A DNA stretch of 64,000 bases from Cyanophora paradoxa CCMP329 (lineage: Eukaryota > Plantae > Glaucophyta): the NCBI GenBank assembly GCA_004431415.1, contig QPMI01000192.1, positions 1-64,000 of the forward strand, given 5' to 3'. The notes beneath the pieces were generated by a model. It was not told the origin of the DNA and searched no databases. It worked only from the letters and a program-made list of their open reading frames with translations. The position numbers and the translations under genes were made by a program. This document shows, piece by piece, positions 34,389 to 45,400 of this stretch. How positions within the stretch are numbered: position 1 is the stretch's first letter; each line of letters starts with the position of its first letter.

Positions 34389-36289
34389 CACCCGGTCGAC
34401 CCCTCCCGACCCCTCGCGGCCCGCCTCGTCTCCGCACTCCCAGCTCTCTGCGCCGCCTGCCAATGCCCACGCTCACTCCACACTGCTGTCCCGGCACCTC
34501 CCCCTGCCTTGCCCCGCATCCGCTGCCCGCCCCAAGCTGCTGCCTCCGCCCACTCCCTCTCCTTCCTCATATCGTCCTCCTACCACCTTCTTCACCTCGA
34601 CAAAACGGGACACCGATTAATCGGGGTCCTGGGGCGCAGGTGAGGAGGAGGGAGGAGGCGGAGTGGGGAGGAGGAAGCGTGGCGGAGCGGCGGCAAGGGA
34701 GGGCGGCGGACTGCAAGACATTTCACTTCCAGGGCTCATGAGGGATGGAGGAGTTGATCAAGGGGTGGGCGCGCGGGTCTGGTTACGGCTATCACCGAAA
34801 ACCATGGCTCCCCCACTCAGGCGAACCTCCCATATTGAGCGACCCATGGCCGGCACCTAGCTAGCACCTTCGGCTAGATAGTTGACCGGTCGGAAGGGCA
34901 CGTCACGTAGAACATTGATACATGTGCCGTGGTAACTGTATAACTAGTTTATATTACTAGCTCTTCGCTTCACTACCGGCCCAGGCTGGGAATTTGAAAC
35001 TCGGAAGGCGGAGGCTGCCACTGGTAAGTTCTGAACACATTTGGGATCATCCGAAGTTCCCGAACTACGGCAGCTGCGAGCTTGAAGAGGAAAAAAAAAG
35101 GAAAATCCTGCCAGCAAAACTGCCCACCAATGGTGTAATTGTCTGACTGATAGATTCAGTCGAAAAAAACACTGCTTTGCCTGCTTGCATAGTTGGGGAA
35201 GGACCCCCTTCCCCTTCCCCCACTTGGGGGTGTTCGGGTGCCCACCCTAGGCCAAAATGAAATGTCCCGACCTCCCAAAACCCGGGTTTTCTCGCCGGAT
35301 CCTAGCAAGGCATGTCCCTAGGAGTCCGAAAACGTGTACCGGGAGATCCGGGTCCCGTCGGGTCAACCTGGAATGGGCAATAACACATTTTCGGAAAATG
35401 CAATCTAGCGCCTCACCAAGTGGCGGTATATCTGCCGGACCGAGTGCGCCTGAATGCGCCTGATACGCCCAACGATTCATGTCATACATGCCGAGACCGG
35501 AGGGGCACAGGGTGGTCCGCTAGGCCGCCTCAAGTACCTGTTGTACCGGACGCTGAAAAAAAATCGCTCCTGAGAGTTGGAGGCGATATCGTGTTGCAGT
35601 ACCCGTGCTTTAAGCCGGCAAGCTAGCCGACAGGCTCGCTAGCTGGCCAACTAGCTGAGCACCGGCTATCGGCTTGTTGGACTTTCGCGGGCGCGTGGCG
35701 TCCGTCGACATCGTACCGACCACGGCGAGTGCGCGCCGAGCTCGAGGTTCTGCTCTGCTGCATAGATCGGATCGCTCGCCCGGGCCGGGCCGCTCGAGCC
35801 TCACTCGTGCGCTCGCTCGTGCGCTCGCCGTCGGCGCTTCCACGCTCCACGCTCCACCGATTCCGGCCGCACCAGGTACGAACTCGTCCACCTCCAGCTG
35901 CGCATGCCCGCCGCGCGCGCCGTCCTAGGCCTAGGCCTGAGCGCCCTCTCACTTCCCGCGAGACACAGCAGCGAGCGTCGCAGCTGGCCATGGGCATCAA
36001 CATCGCATCTGTGCCATCGGTGCGCATGCTGCACAGCTGTGCTCGTCGCTTCCTCTGCCGCGGGGGAAGGGTCCGGTTGCAATTGCACGACTCATGCTTG
36101 CCACCCTCAGTCTTGCACCCGCATGCAATCGACCGGGTCGAACCACAAGCAAGCATCACATCACCTCCAAGACCTCGGCCTCCGCCGCGTACGCGCTAAG
36201 CGCCTGCCGCTAGCGCTGCGCCTATAGCTAGCCTCCGCCCGCGCCGACGCCGGCCAACGCCGGCGCGGCGGCGCGGCCGCCGGGCTCCT

Positions 36290-36595
36290 CCCGCTCCTCG
36301 GGGGCGGAGGCGCAGCGGGCGGCGGCGCGGCTCGCCGCTCGAGGCGGAGGCGCGGCGGGCGCGGCGCCGGCGCGGCTCGCCGGGCGGGCGGAGGCGCGGC
36401 GGGCGGCGGCGCAGCTCGCCGGGCGGGACGGGAGGCGCTTCGGGCGGCAGAGCGGCTATCCGGGCGGGGCGGAGGCACGGCGGGCGGCGGCGCGTCTCGA
36501 CGGGCAGGGCGGAGGCGCGTTCTGCCGCGGGGGCGACGCCGGTGCAGCTCGCAGGGCGGGGCGCCGCGGCGGAGGCGCGGCGGGCGGCGGCGCTT
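36290..36595. repeat. Degenerate GC-rich tandem repeats (gcggaggcgcggcgggcggcggcgc) in the 3' part of the insertion
   Basis: The unit recurs at ~36304, ~36344, ~36388, ~36469 and ~36569. Confidence 0.65.
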
Positions 36596-37057
36596 CTCAA
36601 GCTCTAGTCCTGCGCTGAGCTAGATCTCGTCCTCCCCCACTTCTGAAAAAAGCACCGAGCTGTTATCAGAGTCCACACTATCTCGGCTCAAAGCTAACGT
36701 GACCAGCTACAGGGGTGAACTTTCCTGCTTGACCTTTAGAGGTCCTTCCCCTCCAACAGGGGCAGTGCAACTGCAGTGTCCCTGTTCCGTTCATATTGGG
36801 CTTTCGTGTACCCGGTCATGGTGATATATATACAAGTTTGAACACTTGCTCAAGTACCAGTATACCCAGTTGAGTTGAAATCGCTTACTACGGCGAGTCC
36901 AGTCAAAAAGCTACAGTCTAAAACTCGGGCGACTTGGTGATTGGTCAATTAAAACAAGCAATTCCGATTGGCCAGCTAGCAAGCGGGGGGGGTGCGGGGG
37001 GGGCGGAGCCCCCCCTGCTTGTGTATCAATGCGACGTCCACTTTTGCAAAAAAAAAA

Positions 37058-38002
37058 CGAAAGTCTCGTGATCAGCAGGCGAATCTACCTCGAAGGGACG
37101 GGCGGGGGCGGGATCGGAGGGGCCGGGGCGGCGCGCCAGGGCGTTCTCGTAGTAGTAGGCGCCGTAGGTGGCGACGGTGCCCCCGAAGAGCAGGAGGGCC
37201 GCCGCTTCGCCGTATGTCAGCTCCGCGACGGGCCCGCAGAGGCGCAGCCACGCCTTTGACCGCGGCGGGGCGGCGAGCTGCGCGCGGGTGGGCGCGGCGG
37301 GGCGCGCGGGGGACTCAAGCTCAGAGTGGTCGTGGCCGCGGGCGAAGCAGTCTGAGCGGATGAATATAATCTCAAACCGTCTTATGGTAGAGGAGCTGAC
37401 CCCAGGAGGTGAGCTGCAGCTGCGCGGGCAAAGGCGCGAGCTCGAGCGCCGGGGCGGACGGGCGAGAGGCGCGGGCGGGCGGCGGCGCGGCGGCGTGGGC
37501 GGGGCGGGCGGGCGCGGACGCGGGTGTTCGCGAGGAAGGCGCCGGCGAGGAGGGCGATGCCGGCGCAGCCGGCGGTCACGGCGTACGCGTACGGCGGCGG
37601 GTCGTACGGGACGTACGCGGGGCCGCCGGAGTCGCTCTGCGGGGGCGGGTGCGCGTGCGCGCCGCCTCCGCCGGCTGGAAACGCATCCCGCACGCGCACG
37701 TGACGCGCGTACGCGTACGCGTATACGTACGCGTGGGTTTCCGCGCGAGCCGCCGCAGCCGGCGCCGCGTCTGCGCACACGCGCGGTGTCAGCGCTGATC
37801 ATGAAGCTTGAAAAGGCTTAAGTGCGCGCTCGGCTCGCTCGCAACCGGTAAGTATACGGTGCACGTGACTGGTTCATGGGTCCCGCACCGGCATAGATCG
37901 CGAGCATCGCCAGAAGCAAGCACGCCAACGCTGATGCGAGGCGACCAGCTGCAGGCGCTGCCTATTGCAGCGCCATGTTGCGAGTCGAGGGTCGGCGTCG
38001 AG
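37058..38002 (-). pseudogene. Right copy of the ~950-bp repeat: orphaned 5' exons of the ferric reductase gene, truncated at the poly(A) junction
   Basis: Near-identical to 26782-27733. On the - strand the frame ...DSPADHETF runs into the retroelement's poly(T) instead of continuing as ENLRLRR. Confidence 0.85.
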
Positions 38003-38989
38003 GCGACGATCTGCCGCAGAGCCGCAGCTCCGAGCTCGAGGCTCAGCGGCTGCAACCTTGGCGTGCTGCCGTCGCCTGCCGAGCACGTGCGCCGGTCCGC
38101 TGCTTAAAACTCGAAAGTTGTTTTAATTTCCGGTTGACCGGAGTCCGGTGACGCCGTGACGTGCGCGGAAGTAGTTTTCCGGTTGACGGTGACGTGACGG
38201 TCTTCGGTGCACGTACGCGCGAGCCAGCGCGCGGTACCGGTGACGCGACTCGAGCTCGACGGCGCCGATCCGATCGCCAGGACCTCACGATCACCGACAC
38301 GGCCGCGGGCCGCCGGGCACAGCTGCCACAGCAGTGCACGTGCGCGTGGCGCCGTGCTGCAGCCTGCAGGGCCAGTGCAGGCCCACTGCACTGCAGGGCC
38401 AGTGCACGTGCAGGCTGCAGCTGTGTTCAATGGTTTGCTGCACCTGTGTTCAACGGTTCAACGGTGCACGTGTCTGGTTGTCTGCGTGGAGTGTAGATCT
38501 AGATCTAGATCTGGTTTTCCGCATGGAGTCTGGTTTTCTGCGAAGGCAGGCCGCAACTGCCGCCGGATCCGATGCATAGGATCCACAGCTCGCGATCGTT
38601 CCAACTGCAGCTGGTCATGATTAGCTGCAGAAGGCAGCGCCTGACCCATAGCCAGAGACAGCAGCATTGCTCTGTCGCGAATTCGCTGTTCGAGGCCTCT
38701 GTACATGTGGCTCCATGGCCAGCTCCGGGATCCGCGTCCCATCAGCAATAAGTGATCATAATCGTGCCCTGTAGCTAATACCCCGATCCTTCGCCAACTG
38801 ATAATCTGCTGAATGGAACTAAATAGGCGCCTTGACCGCCAACTCCCGAGATCTAAGAAGCCGCAACGGTTTCAAATTTCACGGTGAGTATAGCTAGCGC
38901 CGAGTCGTCTTCATCGCGTGTTTAATTTCACGTTTCTGTCAAAGACGGATGCCAGACGATGTCAAGGACGGGACGGGATCGCGGCGTGT

Positions 38990-41900
38990 TCACTTCGCCG
39001 CCCCTCCGCCCTTCGCGAGCGCCAGCGCCTGCCTCGCCACGATTGTCTGCTCGGCCCGCCCCCGCCCCCGTCGGCCCCCCCGGCCCCTAAGGCCCCCCTC
39101 GCGGCGGGGTACGCGGCGCGTGCGGACCTGCGGGTGGGCCGGCCCGAGAGCGGCCTCGAAGGTCGAGAGAGCGGCCTGGAGGCGTGCCCGCGCCCGCTCC
39201 ATCTCCCCCAGCGCGACGTACGCCTGCGCCGAAAGTCGAAGGAGGGGGGGAAGAGGGGGGGTTGAGGTAGGGTGGGGTACGCGCCTGGCCGGCCTTGAGG
39301 GACGTCACGGCGGTCATGGGGTGCGAGGGGCCCATCGCGGGGTGCGCCGACTGGGCGGCGAGCGCCTCCTGGGTACAGCAAAAGTCAGGGGGGGATGCGA
39401 GGAGATAAGAAATGAAGGGTCCCGGCGGGCCTCGAACAGGGCAGCGGCCCCCGCGTGGTCCCCCTCCTCCTGCGGGCCGGTAAGAAGGGGGGGGGGGAGA
39501 AGAGGCGGGGGGGGAAGAAGAGGCGGGGGGGGTACGGGGCGGGCCTGGAGGAGGGAGCCGAGGCTCATCGCGGGGCGGAGGGCCTCGGGGTGGGCCGGGC
39601 CCAGCGCCTTCCGGTAGATCCCCAGCGCCTCCTGGGGTGGGGTACGCGATTGGCCGGGGGCGGGGGAGGGAGATTGGGGCGGGGTACAGGCGGGCCTTGT
39701 AGAGGGGCTTGGCGGCGGCCAGGGCGCCCTGCAGCTCGTGTGCCTTCGCCAGGTTCTGGGGGGGGAGGGGGGGGGTAAATTCGAGGGGAAGAGCCGGGAG
39801 GGGGGTGGGGGCGGGAAGAGGGGTACGGTGAGGGCCATGGCGTGCTCGACGTGCTCGGCCCCGCGCCGCTCCTTCGCGATCCGCGCCGCCTCCTGCGGAG
39901 CCCCGGGGCGGGTTGGGCGCAGGGGCACGCAAGGACGGAAGTGGGTGAGGGGTACTGACCTCGTAGAGGCGCTGGGCGGCGGGGAGCTCCCGTGCCTTCA
40001 GGTGAGCGTTCGCCAGGTTCACCTGGGGGGGGGTACGTTTAGCTTGTTTCGGGAGGGCGCTAGGTTTTCTGGCCGAGCGCGCGGCGGCTGCCCTATCTCT
40101 GCTGGCCAAGGTGTGTGAAAGGGGGGTACCAGGGGCCGGAGGAGCTCGGGGCTGCCCTCGCCGAAGACGCGCCTGTACGCCGCCAGCGCCTCCTGCGAGC
40201 CGCGAGGGGGGTACGCGCTCGGACACCAGGGGGAAGAGGCGGAAGGGGGAAAGGGGGGGGGGGGGGGGGGTGAGCGCCTCGTGGAGCGGCTGCGCCGCCG
40301 CGTCGTCCCCACGAGCCTGCAGAGCGAAGCGATCAGAAGGGGGTACGGCAGAAGGAGAAAAGGGGTACGCGCCTGGACCAGGTTCGCGACGATGTGCATC
40401 GTCCTGCGGGAAGGGCCGGGGCGTGGGCCCGGGGAGGGGGGTACAGGGTCGAAAAGGGGTGAGAAGGTGGGGTACCGGGCGGTCTCGGGGTGGTCCTCCC
40501 CCAACGCGGCCCTCCGGATCTCCAGCGCCTCCTGCGGCCCCGCCCGCCCGCGGCTCGGGCCCGGCGATTCGGCGTACCCCCCCCGCGTCCCGCGCCCCGC
40601 CCTCGGCGCACGTCGAGTAGGCTCTTCGCCTCGTCAAAGTTGCCCGTCGCCTGCGCCGAAAGCGAGGGGTACGGTTTGAAGAAGAGGGGGGAGGGGCAGG
40701 CGGGGTAGCCCTGCCTGGTGGAGGGTTGCGAGGTTCTGCAAGCAAGGGGATCCGTCGGCGCGGCGTGGGAGTGGGTACAAGGTCAGGGCAGGGGCAGGGG
40801 TAGGGGGTACCTGAAGGACGCGGGCGGCGTCGGGGTGCTCGGGCCCCGAGGCCGTCCGCGCGACCTTCAGTGCCTCCTGCGGCGCCGTCGGCGACCCGTG
40901 AGCCGCGTCCTCAAAAAGGGATGGAAGAGGGGGGGGGGAAGCGGGGAGGGGTACGAGCCTCCAGGAGGCGGCGGGCGCGGTTGCGGTCGCCCCGGCCGCC
41001 CACGACGACCGCGAGCGCCTGCAGCGTCCTCGCAACCTGGGGGGAGGGTGGGGGGGGGAGAGGATCGAGGCCGGGGGGAAGTTGGGGGGGGGGGGGGGAA
41101 GAGAGAGAGGGAGCGGTACGGGCGCACGTCGGCGTGCTCTCCTCCCAGCGCCTTCTTCTGTATCTTGAGGATCTCCTGCGGGGGGCGGGACAGGGCGTCA
41201 GGGGGGTACAGATGGGTAGGGGGGGGGGGAAAGGGGGGCGGGCCTCCAGCAACGGTTGGGCGCCGGCGTAGTCCTGCTTGGCCTGCGGGGTGCCGCGTTG
41301 GATCGGGAATGGGGAAAGCGGGGAGGGAACGAGAACGGGGGACGGAACGAGTCCCGAGGGGGGTACCTGCAGGAACGCGGCGAAGTTGCCGATGAAGGGT
41401 ACGCAGTCGAGGCTCTCGGCGCCCTTCTCCTTCTTCGCCGCCTTCAACGCGTCCTGGGGGTACGGATTCGGCACGCGGGTAGGAGCCAGTGGGGGAAGGG
41501 GGGTACGCGCGTACCTCGTGGAGGGCCTGAGCCTTAGGAAGGTCGCCGAGGGACTGCGGAGGGAGCGATTCAGAGGGAGGGTCGGCCGCGGGCGCCGGGG
41601 AAGGGAGACGAGGGGGGTACGCGCCGCGTGTGCGGCGGCGAGGCCCTGCATGGCGCGGAGCGTCCGCAGGTCCGACGGCCCCGCGGTCCGCTTCAGAAGA
41701 GCGAGCGCCCCCTGCGGCGCCGCGTCGGAAAGGACAGCGGAGCGCGGGAGCGGCGGCGGCCCGGCGCGCCTGGGACAGCTCCCGCGCGGCGGGCAGCTCG
41801 CCCTGCGCCCGCATCGCCGCCGCCAGCCGCCCCATCGCCTCCGCCGTGGCCGGGCTCTCCGCCCCGTGCGTGCGCTTGCTCAACTCAAGCGCCTCCTGCG

Positions 41901-42331
41901 CGTGCGGGTGCGCGGTCAGCCGCCCGCCGCTCGGCGCTGTGGCGCCGCGGTTCGAACGGGGAGCCCCGCGCGCCCGGCCCGGAGGCGTAGCTAAGCGGTC
42001 TAGCCCGAGCCCGCGCCCATTGAGCGCGCAAGCAATCATGTGCAAGGCCTCGCACCTCGAGCAGAGGCCTGGCTTTCCCGAACTCGCCCCTAGATTCGAA
42101 CTTCGACGCGAGCTCGGACAGCGCCTCGATCGTCTGCGGGCGCGTCTCAGCGATCGATCGCGACCTTCTCGTGCCCCGTTGCACCTCCGGGTGCTCGTCC
42201 CCCTTCTTCTCCCTCCGCTCGGCCAGCGCGGCCTCGGCCTTGCGCTGCGGAGCGCGCCCCGCGCATCGGCGGTGGCGCGAAGCGCTTCCATACAAGAGGC
42301 CGCGCACCAGATCCTCATCGCTCGCCGCCAT
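38990..42331 (-). CDS. TPR-repeat protein of kinesin-light-chain/nephrocystin-3 type, many short introns
   Basis: Repeating ~42-aa units: EALELSKRTHGAESPATAEAMGRLA, DALKAAKKEKGAESLDCVPFIGNFA, EILKIQKKALGGEHADV, EALKVARTASGPEHPDAARVL|NLA, EALEIRRAALGEDHPETAR, EALGIYRKALGPAHPE, ALSTFEAALGPAHPQV. ATG at 42331; stop at 38992-38990. Confidence 0.9.
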
Positions 42332-42472
42332 GGCCCAAAGCTAAGCCGGACCTACAGCTGGGGGGAGTACAGGTGCTTAAGCTTGAGGCCGAGCTCAGCC
42401 GAGCGTTGGATCCGAGGCGAGCACGCGAAGCTGCGCGCGCCTGGCCGACAGGCAGCTAGCTATCAGACGCCG

Positions 42473-45400
42473 ATGGCCAGCTGCAGCGAGCATCCACAGA
42501 TAGCCAGCCATGGCCAGCCACCGCCGGCGCCTGCAGGCGTAGGCTCTTCGACGTCCGGCGCAAGCTCCAGCGCAAGCCCCGCCATTGACCACATCTCCTC
42601 CATGCCTGGTGCGCGGGAACGCCACGACATTGACTTCGGTTTACGCGGGAATCGAACGTGCGCATGCGCGGCCTCACCCCCGGGCTTGCGGCGCGCGCCT
42701 GTGCTTGCGCAGATGACATTCTCGTCAAGATCTTCTCGCGCGTCGCCGCGGACCGCGCCGCGGACCTGCTGGGGGCGACGCGAGCCTCGCGGCGGTTCCG
42801 GGCTCTCTCGCGACAGCCTGAGCTCTGGGAAAGCCCCGTCTTCCACAAGAACGACCAGCCCGAGGCCTTCCTATCTATCTGCGCTTCCGTCGGCGCCCAC
42901 TTCCGCCGCGTCTCTCTCAGCGCCATGCACAAGATCTCCGCCAGGAATGCGATTCGCGGCCTCTCTCGGTGCCCCAACATCACGCACCTGTCCCTTTGAC
43001 ACTTGTTCGTTGGGTGCGCGTACGCAAGATTTGAATCTCACATGGGCGTAGAGCCCCTGCTTCTCAAGGCGCGTATATATCCGCTTCGCTGCATTTCACG
43101 ATTCCTAGGCCTAGGCCTGTGCAATGTCTGACTGAAGCTACTTCGCCTCTCTCAGAACCTCGTGCACTTGAACCTGTGCTACGTGTCGGTGACCGTGCGC
43201 TTCCTTCGCGACCTGCTGGAGCCCTGCAGCGCATCGCTCGAGCGCCTTTTTCTGTGGTCCGTGCAACCAGCTGCAGGACCTTGCAATTGCATCAAATGTT
43301 CTCTAGATCTAATTGTAAGGTGTCCGATTTGCTGATTTGAGCTTCTCGATATATATCACAGTGGAATCAGCACTGCGAATGAAGATGATGATGAAGACGG
43401 ATATGCGGTCATGAGCTGGTTGGGTGCCCTTGCGGAGCTCCGGTACCCCTCGCCGTTTTGGGCCTTGAGCTCGGCTCGCCGCGGCCATGCATATGGCCCC
43501 AGCCGCAGCGAGCCATTTCGCGCCGTTGCGCAGGTTTCCGCGCCTCGAGCAGCTCGACCTGTCCCGAACGACGTGCACGGAAAGAGAGATGGAGAAACTC
43601 GTGACAGGGCTCCCAGCTCTGCGCGAACTTTTTCTCGTACGTACCTGCGCCTTCCAAAATCGCGCGATCGACCTTATTATTTTTAGTTTAGTCTTCTCAA
43701 CCCCTGATCATATGCTTGATCATGATCCGTGCAGGTCAAGCTCAAGCCCAAATTTGTGCTGGAATCAAATCCTCAGAGCGTTTGGTGCGCATTCGTACCT
43801 CCAGTCCCCCTATAAGCTTTTAGCCTCTGGTCCTTGTTGGCGTAATTGAGTCCTGCGTACACACATACCGACAGGGATCCTGCGCCGCTGGCGGCTCGGC
43901 TTAAGCAGACTCACGGGCTTCGAGTCGCGATCGTTTGCAAAGACTTTCAACAAATGGTGTTATTTAGCTCCGCTCAATTCTGGAGTGCTTTACAATTCCT
44001 GCCCGTATACGTACTGATCTGCGTATCTTGTGCAGATTAAAAGGGCTGCAGACGCACAGTGCGCTGAGAGGGAGCGTCTGTTCCACAAGGCGAGAGCGCC
44101 GCTGAGTCTCGGCTGATCTCTCTGATTTAATTTCTTACCCGATGACCTCGCGATCTATATCGTGTTTGCAGGCGCGCGCGCTGCTGCCGACAGTAAAGCG
44201 CTGCGCTGGTATAGATGCTCCGACAAGCACCGGTGGGACAGTATTTCTCGGTTCGTAGGCGCAGAAGCCATGAACAGGACGCTGTGTAGTCTCTATATTT
44301 GAAGCCGATTTTTTGAACTTCCAGATGCAATGGCAAGGGGCAGGTTTGCTGCGGCGCGTCGGCTCGTAGAAGAATTTGGAGCGTCGCCCCTCGCTGTCTT
44401 TCGCCCCACACTGTGCTTCACTCCTGATCCAATCGACCATATGCATGATACTTGGGTGATCTTAAATTTTTCAGATCGTGATTTCTTGCCCATGATCAGT
44501 TATATCGCAGAGCGCTCCTTATCCATCGTCGAAATTAGCGCGCGGTAATTCGGAAGACGTTTACGTTTACGCAATATTAATGTTTGTACAAGTGCCACTG
44601 ATACGGCTTCAGGGAACGGGACGCCAGCTCTCGCTGGATCTTCTCTCCTACACATTCATGCCGGCTTCTTTGATTCGTCGAGGTTCCAATGTCGTGTGTT
44701 CTAATCTGCGTATTAAGTGTGCTAAATCGATTCCTCGACACTCGACAGCGAGCAAACACTTTTCCCGGAGGACCAAGCCCTTATCCCCGAGCTGCCCTCC
44801 GTGATCATTTCCCCGGGCCCTGTTAGTTTTCCTGCTTCTGGTTCCAACCTTTCCGGCAGCTCCTTTGCGGCTGGGGTCTGGCGAAGCATGTCAACGCGAC
44901 TCGGTGGGGACAGGACCAGTCGACCCCCCTCCACATTTCGCTCACCCACTTGCGATCCGGGGCACGCATGATAGCTATAGCTAGCCGCTATTATAAATGG
45001 ATCTCCCGATCATCACGTCACAGTATTAATCGTGCACCGCAGCGTGCTTGGGGGCTCCCCCTTGAACCGAAAATTCTTCTCGACATGGGTGCAGATCCGA
45101 CCATCAAGGTGTGCTGCTGATGGTCTAGAAGTTTCCATCTTAAATTGAAGTTCATCGTGCTTATTCTTCGTTGAACAAGCTGCCACCGAACAGCGATTTA
45201 CATATATCCTACTTCTGTCCTGCATGTGGATCTGATGCATCCCTGCGAGCAGAACAAAGATGGCTCGACGGCCCTGCATGCTGCTGCAAAAGCGGTCGAC
45301 GCCAGCACCATCCAAGTTCACGTTTTCAATTTTATAATTTTTGCCAGCGCTTGCCTGACTATTACTCCGTCTTCAGATAATCTTGAAGCGCTTCCCACGA

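Larger units (their letters stand above)
27734..37057 (+). mobile_element. 5'-truncated non-LTR (LINE-like, RNase H-bearing) retroelement insertion ending in A10; reverse transcriptase not present
   Basis: Intronless C-rich + strand coding with frameshifts. RNase H motifs YTDAS (28277), NLGELAG (28415), IITDSQ (28481), WVPSH (28670) and NDAVDKLAK (32202). zf-RVT-like CP.C...EDFVHIFTCP (~32660-32855). LINE C-terminal motif IWRDRC...WELRHGI (~33257-33310). Poly(A) at 37048-37057 abuts the right repeat copy. The 5' junction begins with tcgag, repeating the end of the target. Confidence 0.85.

Noticed and set aside
27734-34643. Programmed frameshifting in the retroelement ORF
   Set aside because: The shifts are numerous and often in C-runs, and similar 1-nt indels occur in host exons, so decay or sequencing error is more parsimonious.
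35120-35170. Hammerhead ribozyme (ctga...gaaa around a hairpin)
   Set aside because: The core does not match CUGANGA, the CTGA is itself part of the stem, and stems I and III could not be built.
26782-38002. LTR retrotransposon with ~950-bp LTRs
   Set aside because: The repeats consist of host ferric reductase exons and introns, lack TG...CA ends, and I saw no PBS/PPT, gag or integrase. The internal region ends in poly(A) and carries LINE-type C-terminal motifs.
38080-38475. Clustered (g/t)GCACGTG motifs as iron-responsive elements upstream of the ferric reductase
   Set aside because: The same palindrome is common in unrelated non-coding DNA of this window (17282, 24000, 24798, 25378), so there is no specific signal.
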